Both the position numbers and the translations under genes were made by a program. This document shows, one piece after another, positions 1 to 9,147 of a DNA stretch of 64,000 nucleotides (its first letter is position 1; every line of letters begins with the position of its first letter). Origin of the DNA: Pseudomonadota bacterium (GTDB lineage Bacteria > Pseudomonadota > Alphaproteobacteria > UBA11222). The stretch is from NCBI GenBank assembly GCA_036758605.1, contig DAIOWE010000001.1, positions 935 through 64,934 of the forward strand, read 5' to 3'. The notes under the pieces are model-generated. The model was not told where the DNA came from, did no database searches, and was given only the letters and a program-made list of their open reading frames with translations.

Positions 1-823
1 GTCCGAGGATCAGAAGCAGGCGCTGCTGCCAGGTGTCGCTGCAGGTGAGACGGTAGCGACCTTGGCGTTTACCGAAGAAAATGGCCGCTGGGATAGCAAT
101 GGAGTCACCTTGACGGCGAAGGCGCAAGGTGACAGCTATCGGCTGGATGGGGTGAAGAGCTTCGTTCTGGATGGCCATACGGCGGATGTGATCGTGGTGC
201 TGGCGCGCAAACCTGGAACCAGCGGCGATGAAGGCCTGTCATTCTTCACAGTGCGTGGCGACGCCAAAGGGCTGGAGCGGCGATTGCTGAAATCGGTGGA
301 TGCCACGCGCAAGCTGGCGCTGCTGAAATTTGATGGGGTGCAGGCAGATCTGCTGGGAGAGGCGGGCGCCGCTGCGGCGCCATTTGCCAGGACGCTGGAT
401 CAGGCCGCGGTTTGTCTGGCGAATGAGATGGTGGGCGGGGCCGACCGGTTGCGACAATCGGCGCTGGATTATGTGATGATGCGCATGCAGTTTGGCCGCC
501 CCATTGCCAGCTTTCAGGCGATCAAGCACAAATGCGCCGATATGCTTGTGGATGTCGAGCTTGCGAAATCTGCGGCCTATTATGCGGCCGAGGCTGCGGC
601 GGAAGAAGCGGCGGACCTGCCCGCCATTGCATCGCTTGCCAAGGCCTGTGCGGCGGACGCATTCATGCAGACTGCGCGGGAAACCATTCAACTGCATGGC
701 GGCATTGGTTTTACTTGGGACAATGACACCCATCTGTGGTTCAAGCGCGCGAAAAGTTCCGAGGTGTTTCTGGGCAGTCCGAAATATCACCGCGAACTGC
801 TGATGCAGCGTTGGAATGTATGA
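1..823 (+). CDS. Acyl-CoA dehydrogenase, C-terminal portion. The 5' end lies outside the window; the track ORF at 62 begins on an internal TTG.
   Basis: Translation shows the acyl-CoA DH middle/C-terminal domain pattern (…GVKSFVLDGHTADVIVVLARK…, C-terminal helical domain with QLHGGIGFTWDNDTHLWFKRAK). Stop TGA at 821-823. Confidence 0.7.
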   Translation, partial: SEDQKQALLPGVAAGETVATLAFTEENGRWDSNGVTLTAKAQGDSYRLDGVKSFVLDGHTADVIVVLARKPGTSGDEGLSFFTVRGDAKGLERRLLKSVDATRKLALLKFDGVQADLLGEAGAAAAPFARTLDQAAVCLANEMVGGADRLRQSALDYVMMRMQFGRPIASFQAIKHKCADMLVDVELAKSAAYYAAEAAAEEAADLPAIASLAKACAADAFMQTARETIQLHGGIGFTWDNDTHLWFKRAKSSEVFLGSPKYHRELLMQRWNV

Positions 824-840
824 GGGCGGAGGGAAATAAA

Positions 841-2103
841 ATGAGCGAAGCAAACGAAGAAACTGTCCGCGCGGAAGTACGAAAATGGCTGGAAGCAAAC
901 TGGGATCCGGACATTGATCTGGTGCAGTGGCGCAGCACACTGGCTGATAGCGGCTGGGGCATGCCGACCTGGCCGAAGGAATGGTACGGCAAGGGGCTTT
1001 CCGCCGTTCTGGGGGCCGCGGTTGAAAGTGAATTCCGCAAGATCGGCGCCATTGGCGTGGCGCGCAGCGGGGTGCGGCTGCTGGCCGCCGCCACTTTGTT
1101 CGAGCATGGATCAGATTTTCTGAAACAGAAATTCCTGCGCCGTATTCTGACTGGCGAAGATAATTGGTGCCAGCTTTTCAGTGAACCGGGAAGCGGCTCT
1201 GATCTGGCGGGGGCCATGACCCGTGCCGATCTCAAAGACGGAAAATATATTATCAACGGCCAGAAAGTGTGGACCACCAGCGCGCATCATGCGCAATATG
1301 GCCTGCTGCTGGCGCGCACCGACTGGAACGTGCCCAAGCATCAGGGATTGTCTTATTTCATCATTGAAATTGAACAACCCGGCGTGACCGTGCAGCCCTT
1401 GCGCCAGATGAATGGCCATGCCTCATTCAATCAGGTGTTTTTTACGGATGCGGTGGTTGCACCGGAATATCTTGTGGCGAAACTGGGTGATGGCTGGAAG
1501 GTGGCGACAACCACGCTGATGCATGAACGGCGCGGCGCGGCGGATGGCATTGCGGCGGGTCCGGGGCAGGGGTCAAAACGTGTTGGCAAGGCCTATGATC
1601 AGGAGCGCGCCGAAATCGCCATCACGATGGAGCCGTACAGATGGTATCCCCAGCGCGCGGGGCGCGCCGATCTGGTGATTGAACGCGCCAAGGCGGCAGG
1701 CAAGAATAATGATCCCGTGATACGTCAGGAAATCGCCAAGCTATTGACCATGTATAATGCCGCGCAATGGACCGCGCGACGCGCCCGCGCCGCGCAGCAA
1801 ATGGGACGCCCGCAGGGGCCGGAAGGATCATTGGGCAAGCTGGTGGGCAGCCATGTGGCGCGCGCATCGTCTAATGTGCATACGCTGATCAATGATGCGG
1901 ATGCGATGCTGACCGGCAGTGACAGTCCGATGAATGGTGTGATTGCCGAAATTCTTGTGTCAACACCGGCGGCATCCATTGCCGGTGGCACTGATGAAAT
2001 TCAGCGCAATATTATCGCCGAACGGGTGCTGGGGATGCCGAAGGAACCAGTCACCGGCATGGACCGGCCCTTCAAGGATGTGCCAAAAAATACTGTTTCG
2101 TGA
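841..2103 (+). CDS. Acyl-CoA dehydrogenase family protein (420 aa).
   Basis: ATG at 841 preceded by GGAGGGAAATAAA. Translation MSEANEETVRAEVRKWLEANWDP… with typical ACAD N-terminal and middle domains (…CQLFSEPGSGSDLAG…). The track ORF from 736 is an in-frame upstream extension overlapping the previous gene. Confidence 0.8.
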   Translation: MSEANEETVRAEVRKWLEANWDPDIDLVQWRSTLADSGWGMPTWPKEWYGKGLSAVLGAAVESEFRKIGAIGVARSGVRLLAAATLFEHGSDFLKQKFLRRILTGEDNWCQLFSEPGSGSDLAGAMTRADLKDGKYIINGQKVWTTSAHHAQYGLLLARTDWNVPKHQGLSYFIIEIEQPGVTVQPLRQMNGHASFNQVFFTDAVVAPEYLVAKLGDGWKVATTTLMHERRGAADGIAAGPGQGSKRVGKAYDQERAEIAITMEPYRWYPQRAGRADLVIERAKAAGKNNDPVIRQEIAKLLTMYNAAQWTARRARAAQQMGRPQGPEGSLGKLVGSHVARASSNVHTLINDADAMLTGSDSPMNGVIAEILVSTPAASIAGGTDEIQRNIIAERVLGMPKEPVTGMDRPFKDVPKNTVS

Positions 2104-2127
2104 AATCTAACCATGTAGGGAAAAACA

Positions 2128-2502
2128 ATGTCCAACGAAGAAAAGCGTAAAAAAGGCGTCGAATTTTTTAAGAAGCTGACGGAAGGCCAGCCGCGCAATC
2201 CATCCTCCAGCAGATCATCTGTACCCGCCGCATTTTCGCGCTATACGATGGAGCATCTGTTTGGCGATGTCTGGCAGGGGGATGAGCTTCCGCTGGAGAC
2301 CCGCTCGCTGATCACCTGCACGATTCTTGTCGCGTTGAACCGCGAAGCCGAACAGCGCATACATTTTGCAGGCGCCAAAAATCTTGGCGTCAAGCGTGAG
2401 CAGCTTGAGGGCATGATATCCCATGCAGCGCATTACGCGGGTTGGCCCTGCGCCGCCAGCGCTTTCCGCGTACTGGGGGAGGTCTGGCCTGCCGAGGGTT
2501 AG
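2128..2502 (+). CDS. Carboxymuconolactone decarboxylase (AhpD-like) family protein.
   Basis: 124 aa; motif …YTMEHLFGDVWQGDELPLETRSLITCTILVALNRE…HFAGAKNLGV typical of the CMD family. RBS TAGGGAAA before ATG 2128. Confidence 0.7.
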   Translation: MSNEEKRKKGVEFFKKLTEGQPRNPSSSRSSVPAAFSRYTMEHLFGDVWQGDELPLETRSLITCTILVALNREAEQRIHFAGAKNLGVKREQLEGMISHAAHYAGWPCAASAFRVLGEVWPAEG

Positions 2503-2535
2503 TCCTTCGGCGCGCCCTCATTTATTTGGGGGCGC

Positions 2536-3348
2536 TTAATCCTTCGGCGCGCCCCAGGCGATGAAATGTGGATTGCGGAATTCCGGTTTGCCATACAGGA
2601 AGGGTGAGCCGTCCATGTTGGTGACGCGCCCGCCCGCCCCTAAAAGCACAGCCTGTCCGGCGGCGGTGTCCCATTCCATGGTTGGCCCATGTCGCGGATA
2701 AAGGTCGGCTTCGCCCGCTGCAAGGACACAGAATTTCAGGGATGATCCGGCAGCGATGATGTCTTTCACATGATAGGCGGCTAAAAATTCGTCGGTTTTT
2801 TTGTCGCGATGTGACCGGCTGGCAATTACGATGAACCCATCATCGGCGGGCTTGCGCGCACGGATTTCTTTGGGCGCGCTGTCGGGTTTGCGGTTTGGCC
2901 CCTGGTGCGGGTCAATCTTCTGCTCATAGGTTGCGCCCGGGCCTGCTGAATAGAACATGCGTTGAATGGCAGGGGCGTAAACTACGCCAAGGGTTGGAAC
3001 GCCATCTTCTATCAGGGCAATATTGACCGTAAATTCGCCATTCTTATCAATAAATTCTTTGGTGCCATCAAGCGGATCCACCATCCAGAACCGGTTGGTG
3101 ACGGAAGGCAGTTTGCCGGCCGCAGCCAATTCTTCCGCGATCACAGGAATATCGGGGGTAAGTGCGGTCAGTTCGGCAATAATAAAATGTTCGGCTGCTT
3201 CATCGGCCGCGGTTACGGGCGAGGAATCCGTCTTTTTACGAATATCCTTTTCGCCTTCATAATATTCCATGATAAGCGTCCCCGCTTTTACAGCGATGTC
3301 GCGTACAGCCAAAGTCAACTTCTGATGACCGGCGGCGGTCTGTTTCAC
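2536..3348 (-). CDS. cysQ: 3'(2'),5'-bisphosphate nucleotidase CysQ (inositol monophosphatase family).
   Basis: 270 aa; IMPase motifs …WMVDPLDGTKEF… and …WDTAAGQAVL…. GTG start at 3348. Confidence 0.75.
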   Translation of the reverse strand: MKQTAAGHQKLTLAVRDIAVKAGTLIMEYYEGEKDIRKKTDSSPVTAADEAAEHFIIAELTALTPDIPVIAEELAAAGKLPSVTNRFWMVDPLDGTKEFIDKNGEFTVNIALIEDGVPTLGVVYAPAIQRMFYSAGPGATYEQKIDPHQGPNRKPDSAPKEIRARKPADDGFIVIASRSHRDKKTDEFLAAYHVKDIIAAGSSLKFCVLAAGEADLYPRHGPTMEWDTAAGQAVLLGAGGRVTNMDGSPFLYGKPEFRNPHFIAWGAPKD

Positions 3349-3407
3349 AGCTTTTCCTCTCGATCAATATCGCTTGATAGCATCTTGATAGCTTAATGGC
3401 ATAACAA

Positions 3408-3423
3408 TTAACCAATCGTTTAC
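3408..3423 (+). promoter_or_regulatory. Candidate CtrA box (TTAA-N7-TTTAC) about 68 nt upstream of chpT.
   Basis: Sequence TTAACCAATCGTTTAC, one mismatch from the Caulobacter CtrA consensus TTAA-N7-TTAAC. Confidence 0.3.
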
Positions 3424-3490
3424 CATAAGTGCGCAAGCATTAAAGGGATCATTGATAAAATTTGTAATAACCAAAGGACAGGAAATTCTC

Positions 3491-4126
3491 ATGGATATGG
3501 AAGGGTTTGAGCTGGTTTCGTTGCTGTGCTCGCGCTTGTGCCACGATTTGGTCAGTCCGGTGGGCGCCGTTACCAACGGCCTGGAGGTTCTGGCGGACGA
3601 AACTGACGCCGAAATGCGGGAAATGGCGATGCGCCTGATTACGCAAAGCGCCGACAGGGCTGCACACAGGCTGCAATTTGCCCGTCTGGCCTATGGTTCA
3701 TCAGGCGGTCCTGATGGAATGGTCGATATGGGGGAAGCGAAAAAGGTAACCGCTGCCGTGCTGGAAGATCATAAAATTACCCTGGAATGGCGTTGTGATC
3801 TGGGTGCGACGGGGCGAATGCCGGCTAAATTACTGGCTAACGCCGCCTTTCTGGCTGCTGAATCGCTACCCAGGGGCGGAATTCTGGTCGCGGCCCTTAG
3901 GCAGGAAGGCGGGACGACGAACATAGCAATAAACGCCAGCGGGCCCATGGTGCGCCCCATTGATGGCATGGCAGAAATTCTCAACGGGAACATGGCTGTG
4001 GCCAGCCTGGCGCCCCGCGCCGCCCAGGCCTTTTATACCGGATTGATCGCCCGTCTGATGGGTGGAAATCTGCAAATGTCCGTTCAACCTGAACAATTAC
4101 TTCTGCAAGGCGCGTTCATTATCTGA
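3491..4126 (+). CDS. chpT: Histidine phosphotransferase ChpT (CtrA/CpdR phosphorelay).
   Basis: ATG 3491 with RBS AGGACAGGAAA. Motif LLCSRLCHDLVSPVGAVTNGLEVL matches the ChpT DHp-like His site, followed by a degenerate CA-like domain. About 211 aa. Confidence 0.75.
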   Translation: MDMEGFELVSLLCSRLCHDLVSPVGAVTNGLEVLADETDAEMREMAMRLITQSADRAAHRLQFARLAYGSSGGPDGMVDMGEAKKVTAAVLEDHKITLEWRCDLGATGRMPAKLLANAAFLAAESLPRGGILVAALRQEGGTTNIAINASGPMVRPIDGMAEILNGNMAVASLAPRAAQAFYTGLIARLMGGNLQMSVQPEQLLLQGAFII

Positions 4127-4245
4127 CGCCGATACTGGCTAACTTTACGGCTTCTTAATACGAATCCAGTATCTGTATTGGTACCTGGTGTTTGCAGCGT
4201 TCTAAATCCAAGCCCCAGGATAAGTGCAAAAACGGGGTCAGCGAT

Positions 4246-7056
4246 ATGGACGATTTACTTAGCGAATTTCTGACAGAAACGAACGAAAGCCTCGATGTCG
4301 TCGACGTTGAGCTTGTCCGTTTTGAAAAAAACCCGACGGATAAGGCGGTGCTGGATAATATTTTCCGGCTTGTTCATACCGTTAAGGGGACATGCGGATT
4401 TCTTGGGCTTCCACGCCTTGAATCGGTAGCGCATGCCTCTGAAAATGTGTTGGGAAAGTTCCGCGACGGTGAATTGAAGGTTTCCACGGAAGCGGTAAGC
4501 CTCATCCTGAAATCCATTGATGCGATTAAAACCATTCTGGCGGAATTGGAAGCCAATGAATGTGAGCCGGAAGGTAATGATAAAGAACTGATTGATAAAC
4601 TGAATGAAGTTGCATCCGGTAAAATGGCTGTCTCCGCCCCCTCGCAAGTAGCGGAAGCTGAAAAAAAGAAACCGGTCAAAAAAGAAATGGCCGAAGATAC
4701 CCCCTCAAACAGCTTTGCTGATGGAGAACGCAAGATTGAGCCGGTGCTTGGCCGCGAATTGCTGCCTGGCGAAGTTTCCATGGAGGAGTTGGAAGCTGCA
4801 TTCAACGCGGCGCCAGGCCCCGATGAATGTCCGGCGCCTGTCAAAGTTGCAAAATCCGTTGTGGCCGAAGCCGTTGATGATGATGATGAAACGCAGGACC
4901 ATGCGCCGCAGTCAAATTCCAAAGCTAAAAAATCATCAAACGAGGCGGCGGCAAAGAACTCCGATACATCAATCGCCAATCAGTCAGTCCGTGTAACGGT
5001 TGATCTCCTGGAAGATCTGATGACAATGGTCAGCGAACTGGTGTTGACCCGTAACCAGCTTATGCAAATCGTGCGTGATCAGGAGGACAGTAAATTCAAG
5101 GTGCCGTTGCAGCGCCTGAATCTGGTGACAACCGAGTTGCAGGAAGGGGTTATGAAAACCCGCATGCAGCCGATCGGTAATGCCTGGCAGAAGCTTCCCA
5201 GAATTGTACGTGATCTTAGCCATGAACTGGGCAAAAAGATCGAACTGAAAATGATCGGCGCGGAAACCGAACTTGATCGTCAGGTGCTAGAGTTGATCAA
5301 GGATCCGCTCACGCATATGATTCGAAATTCAGCCGATCACGGATTGGAGAAGCCGGATAAGCGGCTGGCGGCGGGAAAAACCGATCTGGGTACAATCAAG
5401 CTCAATGCCTATCATGAAGGTGGGCACGTCATTATTCAGATTTCTGATGATGGTGCGGGGCTGAATATTGAGCGGATCAAACAGAAAGCCATTTCATCTG
5501 GCCTGGCCACCGAGGCAGAGCTTGAAGAAATGAGCGATTTGCAAATCGGTAATTTTATTTTCAAGGCTGGATTTTCAACCGCCGAGAAAATCACCAGCGT
5601 TTCAGGACGCGGCGTGGGTATGGATGTTGTCCGTACAAATATCGAAAAGATCGGCGGTACAGTTGATGTTCGTTCGACGCAGGGAAAAGGATCTGTCTTT
5701 ACGGTCAAGATACCGCTGACCCTGGCTATCGTGTCGGCGCTTGTCGTGGAATCTTATGGCGAACGTTTCGCCATTCCGCAAATCAGCGTCATAGAGCTGG
5801 TTCGGGCATCAGATAATTCCGAACATAAGATTGAGCAGCTAAAATCATCGCCGGTATTGCGCCTGCGTGATCAGCTTCTGCCGCTTGTCTATCTGAATGA
5901 CGTATTACGGATGAATCGCAAGGCCCCCCCTGTATCAGGTATTGATGGGGGACAGGACAATCTGGTTGCCGGGAAACGCCCCAAGGATGACTTTGTTGTG
6001 GTGACGCAAGTTGGCGCATTTCGCTTCGGTATCGTCGTTGATCGTGTATTTGATACAGAAGAAATTGTTGTTAAGCCGGTTGCACCTATTCTGCGCCATA
6101 TATCTGTGTTCTCCGGTAACACCATTCTGGGTGATGGTAGCGTGATCATGATCCTTGATCCAAATGGTATTGCCAATATGTATGGCAATATTGCGGTTGA
6201 CCAGGATGAAACCAAGGTTGAGGCGGCAGTAACCGAGGAAGGGGATAAAAAGGTCTCGCTGCTAATTTTCCGTGCAGGTGATGACACGCCCAAGGCCGTA
6301 CCGCTATCGCTTGTAGCGCGTCTGGAAGAGCTGGATTGTTCTATCGTTGAACATTCAAATGGACGTGATGTTATCCAGTACCGTGGCCAGCTTATGCCGC
6401 TAGTGCGTATTTCGGATAATTATCCCCTGCGGACAGAGGGGCGCCAGCAGATGCTGGTGTTTACTGATGAAACGCGCACCATGGGTCTGGCAGTGGATGA
6501 AATTGTCGACATTGTCGAAGATGTCCTGAAAATTGAACTCACGTCGGATACCACCGGGATAGTAGGCACAGCAGTCATCGCTAACGCCGCTACCGAGGTG
6601 ATAGATGTAAGCCATTATCTGGTAGTGGCTTTCCCGGACTGGTTTGAGGAAAGCAGGAAAACCAGGGTGAAAGCGGCGCGGCGCATACTCCTGATAGATG
6701 ACAGCCCATTCTTCCGGAATATGCTGGCCCCTGTGCTCGGAACTGCAGGCTACAAGGTAACGGCCGTCGAAAATGCAGAGCAGGCATTGGCGCTGAGAGA
6801 TGAAGGTTTTACATTTGATGCGATTGTCAGTGACATAGAAATGCCGGGGATAAGCGGATTTGAATTGGCCTCCATGATCAAGGCGGATGAGCGCTGGGGA
6901 GATACACCGATAGTCGCAATTTCAGCCCACGGAACAGCCGATGATTTTGAGCGGGGCAGAGCGGTTGGCTTCTCTGACTATGTCGTAAAGATGGACCGTG
7001 GCGCATTGTTACGCAGCCTGACTGAAACCTTGTCGGTATATGGAGAAGCAGTATGA
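4246..7056 (+). CDS. cheA: Chemotaxis histidine kinase CheA with a C-terminal receiver domain (CheA-REC hybrid).
   Basis: N-terminus MDDLLSEFLTETNESL (P1/HPt, …HTVKGTCGFLG…). HATPase domain (…GLNIERIKQKA…GRGVGMDVV…), CheW-like domain, then REC (ILLIDDSPFFR…DAIVSDIEMPGISGFEL…). The track ORF from 4192 starts on a TTG extension. Confidence 0.9.
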   Translation: MDDLLSEFLTETNESLDVVDVELVRFEKNPTDKAVLDNIFRLVHTVKGTCGFLGLPRLESVAHASENVLGKFRDGELKVSTEAVSLILKSIDAIKTILAELEANECEPEGNDKELIDKLNEVASGKMAVSAPSQVAEAEKKKPVKKEMAEDTPSNSFADGERKIEPVLGRELLPGEVSMEELEAAFNAAPGPDECPAPVKVAKSVVAEAVDDDDETQDHAPQSNSKAKKSSNEAAAKNSDTSIANQSVRVTVDLLEDLMTMVSELVLTRNQLMQIVRDQEDSKFKVPLQRLNLVTTELQEGVMKTRMQPIGNAWQKLPRIVRDLSHELGKKIELKMIGAETELDRQVLELIKDPLTHMIRNSADHGLEKPDKRLAAGKTDLGTIKLNAYHEGGHVIIQISDDGAGLNIERIKQKAISSGLATEAELEEMSDLQIGNFIFKAGFSTAEKITSVSGRGVGMDVVRTNIEKIGGTVDVRSTQGKGSVFTVKIPLTLAIVSALVVESYGERFAIPQISVIELVRASDNSEHKIEQLKSSPVLRLRDQLLPLVYLNDVLRMNRKAPPVSGIDGGQDNLVAGKRPKDDFVVVTQVGAFRFGIVVDRVFDTEEIVVKPVAPILRHISVFSGNTILGDGSVIMILDPNGIANMYGNIAVDQDETKVEAAVTEEGDKKVSLLIFRAGDDTPKAVPLSLVARLEELDCSIVEHSNGRDVIQYRGQLMPLVRISDNYPLRTEGRQQMLVFTDETRTMGLAVDEIVDIVEDVLKIELTSDTTGIVGTAVIANAATEVIDVSHYLVVAFPDWFEESRKTRVKAARRILLIDDSPFFRNMLAPVLGTAGYKVTAVENAEQALALRDEGFTFDAIVSDIEMPGISGFELASMIKADERWGDTPIVAISAHGTADDFERGRAVGFSDYVVKMDRGALLRSLTETLSVYGEAV

Positions 7057-7547
7057 GCACGAACACCATGCAGACCGATAACGAAGCGCGCATGCCGGGT
7101 AACACTGCGACCTCAGATTATGTAACGATGAGTGTGGGGGGGCAGTTGTTTGGTATCCCGGTGCTGGAAGTGCATGATGTTTTCGTCCCAAGCAAGTTGG
7201 CCCATGTGCCAATGGCGCCGCCAGAAGTGGCGGGCGTCTTAAACTTGCGCGGTCGAATTGTTACAGCAATTGACCTGCGTCAAAGACTGGGGTTTGAACC
7301 ACGCGATCCTGGCGCTCAGGTTATGGCCGTCGTGATTGAATATCAGGGTGAACCATACAGTTTGCTGGTTGACGCGGTTGGCGAAGTACTAAGCCTTGAA
7401 GCGAATTGTTTTGAACGCAATCCATCCAATCTGGATGCCAAGCTGCGAGATGTGTCAGAAGGTATTTTCAGGCTTGAAGACAGGCTGATGGTGGTAATTC
7501 AGCTTGATAAAATCATTCTTCTGCTGAATGGGGCTATGGCGGCGTAG
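7053..7547 (+). CDS. cheW: Chemotaxis coupling protein CheW.
   Basis: 164 aa; …GGQLFGIPVLEVHDVF…VAGVLNLRGRIVTAIDLRQRLG…. 4-nt overlap with the cheA stop. Confidence 0.9.
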   Translation: MSTNTMQTDNEARMPGNTATSDYVTMSVGGQLFGIPVLEVHDVFVPSKLAHVPMAPPEVAGVLNLRGRIVTAIDLRQRLGFEPRDPGAQVMAVVIEYQGEPYSLLVDAVGEVLSLEANCFERNPSNLDAKLRDVSEGIFRLEDRLMVVIQLDKIILLLNGAMAA

Positions 7548-7585
7548 AAAACTATGTGGGCGTTGGTACAAAGGAGTGCAAGAGA

Positions 7586-7951
7586 ATGAAGTCCTGCCTG
7601 ATTGTGGATGACTCACGCGTCATTCGAAAAGTTGCCCGTCAAATTCTTGAAGATTTACATTTCGACACTCTTGAGGCAGTGGATGGACAAGAGGCGCTTA
7701 ATTTATGCCGTTCTAAAATGCCTGACGCCATTCTTCTCGACTGGAATATGCCCGTGCTGAACGGAATAGATTTTCTTCGTCTGCTTCGCGCGGAAAATGG
7801 CGGTAATTCTCCCGTTGTTATTTTCTGTACAACCGAAAACGATATCAAGCATATCACAGAGGCGATACAGGCTGGCGCCAACGAATATATTATGAAGCCT
7901 TTTGATCGGGAGATCATTGAGACAAAATTTGTCGAGGTCGGGCTTGTTTAG
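7586..7951 (+). CDS. cheY: Chemotaxis response regulator CheY.
   Basis: MKSCLIVDDSRVIRK…LLDWNMPVLNGIDFLRLLR…KPF. RBS AAGGAGTG 7 nt before ATG 7586. Confidence 0.85.
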   Translation: MKSCLIVDDSRVIRKVARQILEDLHFDTLEAVDGQEALNLCRSKMPDAILLDWNMPVLNGIDFLRLLRAENGGNSPVVIFCTTENDIKHITEAIQAGANEYIMKPFDREIIETKFVEVGLV

Positions 7952-7965
7952 TACAGGTATCAAGT

Positions 7966-9147
7966 TTGATTGAAAGGCGTAATTTTGTGTCAATTGTATC
8001 CCATCCCAATAATTCTGTTGCAGTGAATGTTGATTCAGTGGGGCCTGTCCGGGTGATGCTGGTTGATGATTCAGCCGTTATTCGGGGAATGCTGCATCGC
8101 TGGATTTCTGCTGATCCGGAGTGCCAGATCGTCGGCTCCTATCACAATGGTGCGCAGGCGGTACAGCACGTAAAATCATCCGGCGCGGAAATTGTAATTC
8201 TTGATATTGAGATGCCTGAAATGGATGGTTTGACGGCATTGCCGCTCATAATCAAGGAAGTTCCGGGTATTCAGGTATTAATGGCGTCAACGCTGACGCA
8301 CCGGAATGCGGACATCAGCATTCGCGCGCTTTCAATGGGGGCCGTTGATTATCTGCCCAAGCCTGAATCGGCACGCAGCGGTACTGCGACTGCGGATTTT
8401 CAGCGCGAGTTATTGTTGAAGGTAAAATCTCTTGGCGCCGCAATGCGCAAGGGGAAACGGGGCGGCGCGCAAATGCCCGTTCGGCCTACGGGTGTAGCAC
8501 CTCGCGCAGCGGTCAAGATGGGCACTCAAGCAAAAGAAATTATCTTGCGATCGCATTCAAAAACGAAACCGGACATTCTTGCTATTGGAAGTTCAACAGG
8601 TGGTCCACAGGCGCTGTTTGCTTTGCTTGGGGGCTTAAAAAAGGCGATTACTGTGCCCGTTGTGATTACACAGCACATGCCACCAACCTTCACTGCAATC
8701 CTGGCAGAACATATTCGGAGTTCTACTGGTATACCTGCCCGTGAGGCGGCGCATGGTGATCCGTTACGTAATGGCGAAATTTTGGTCGCACCTGGTAATT
8801 ATCACATGACAATTGTCCGTAAGGGCGCAGACAAAGTGGTTCATCTGGATCAGAATGCGCAGGTGAATTATTGCCGTCCTGCGGTAGACCCAATGTTTGA
8901 GAGCATCGCTGCAATTTACGGCGCCGGTGCGCTTGGCGTCATTTTAACAGGAATGGGTCATGACGGGCGTGACGGCAGCCGCAAACTGGTAGAGGCTGGC
9001 GGTTCTGTCATTGCGCAGGATGAAAAAAGCAGCGTCGTATGGGGGATGCCGGGCGCAGTTGCAGAAGCTGGCTTATGCAGTGCAGTTGTTCCATTATCTG
9101 AGATGGCTATATTGCTAACGCGCTATCTTAAGGGAGTTGCCGCATGA
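7966..9147 (+). CDS. cheB: Protein-glutamate methylesterase CheB (REC plus methylesterase). Start uncertain: TTG at 7966 with AGGT upstream, or ATG at 8056.
   Basis: …VRVMLVDDSAVIRGML…ILDIEMPEMDG… REC domain; the C-terminal domain …GSSTGGPQAL…HMTIV…GMGHDG… is typical of CheB. Confidence 0.85.
   Translation: MIERRNFVSIVSHPNNSVAVNVDSVGPVRVMLVDDSAVIRGMLHRWISADPECQIVGSYHNGAQAVQHVKSSGAEIVILDIEMPEMDGLTALPLIIKEVPGIQVLMASTLTHRNADISIRALSMGAVDYLPKPESARSGTATADFQRELLLKVKSLGAAMRKGKRGGAQMPVRPTGVAPRAAVKMGTQAKEIILRSHSKTKPDILAIGSSTGGPQALFALLGGLKKAITVPVVITQHMPPTFTAILAEHIRSSTGIPAREAAHGDPLRNGEILVAPGNYHMTIVRKGADKVVHLDQNAQVNYCRPAVDPMFESIAAIYGAGALGVILTGMGHDGRDGSRKLVEAGGSVIAQDEKSSVVWGMPGAVAEAGLCSAVVPLSEMAILLTRYLKGVAA

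Noticed and set aside
736-840. Upstream extension of the second acyl-CoA dehydrogenase ORF (track start 736).
   Set aside because: It overlaps the 3' end of the preceding gene in another frame. The ATG at 841 has a strong GGAGGG RBS and gives a canonical ACAD N-terminus.
239-940. 233-aa minus-strand ORF overlapping the acyl-CoA dehydrogenase genes, and similar long antisense/alternate-frame ORFs (e.g. 4374-4979, 13338-13922, 21809-22303, 42921-43433, 48658-49389, 56526-57314, 57766-58647, 62163-62711).
   Set aside because: All lie entirely inside well-supported genes on the opposite strand or in another frame. They have Arg/Pro/Ala/Ser-rich low-complexity translations typical of spurious ORFs in GC-rich DNA, and no RBS or family resemblance.
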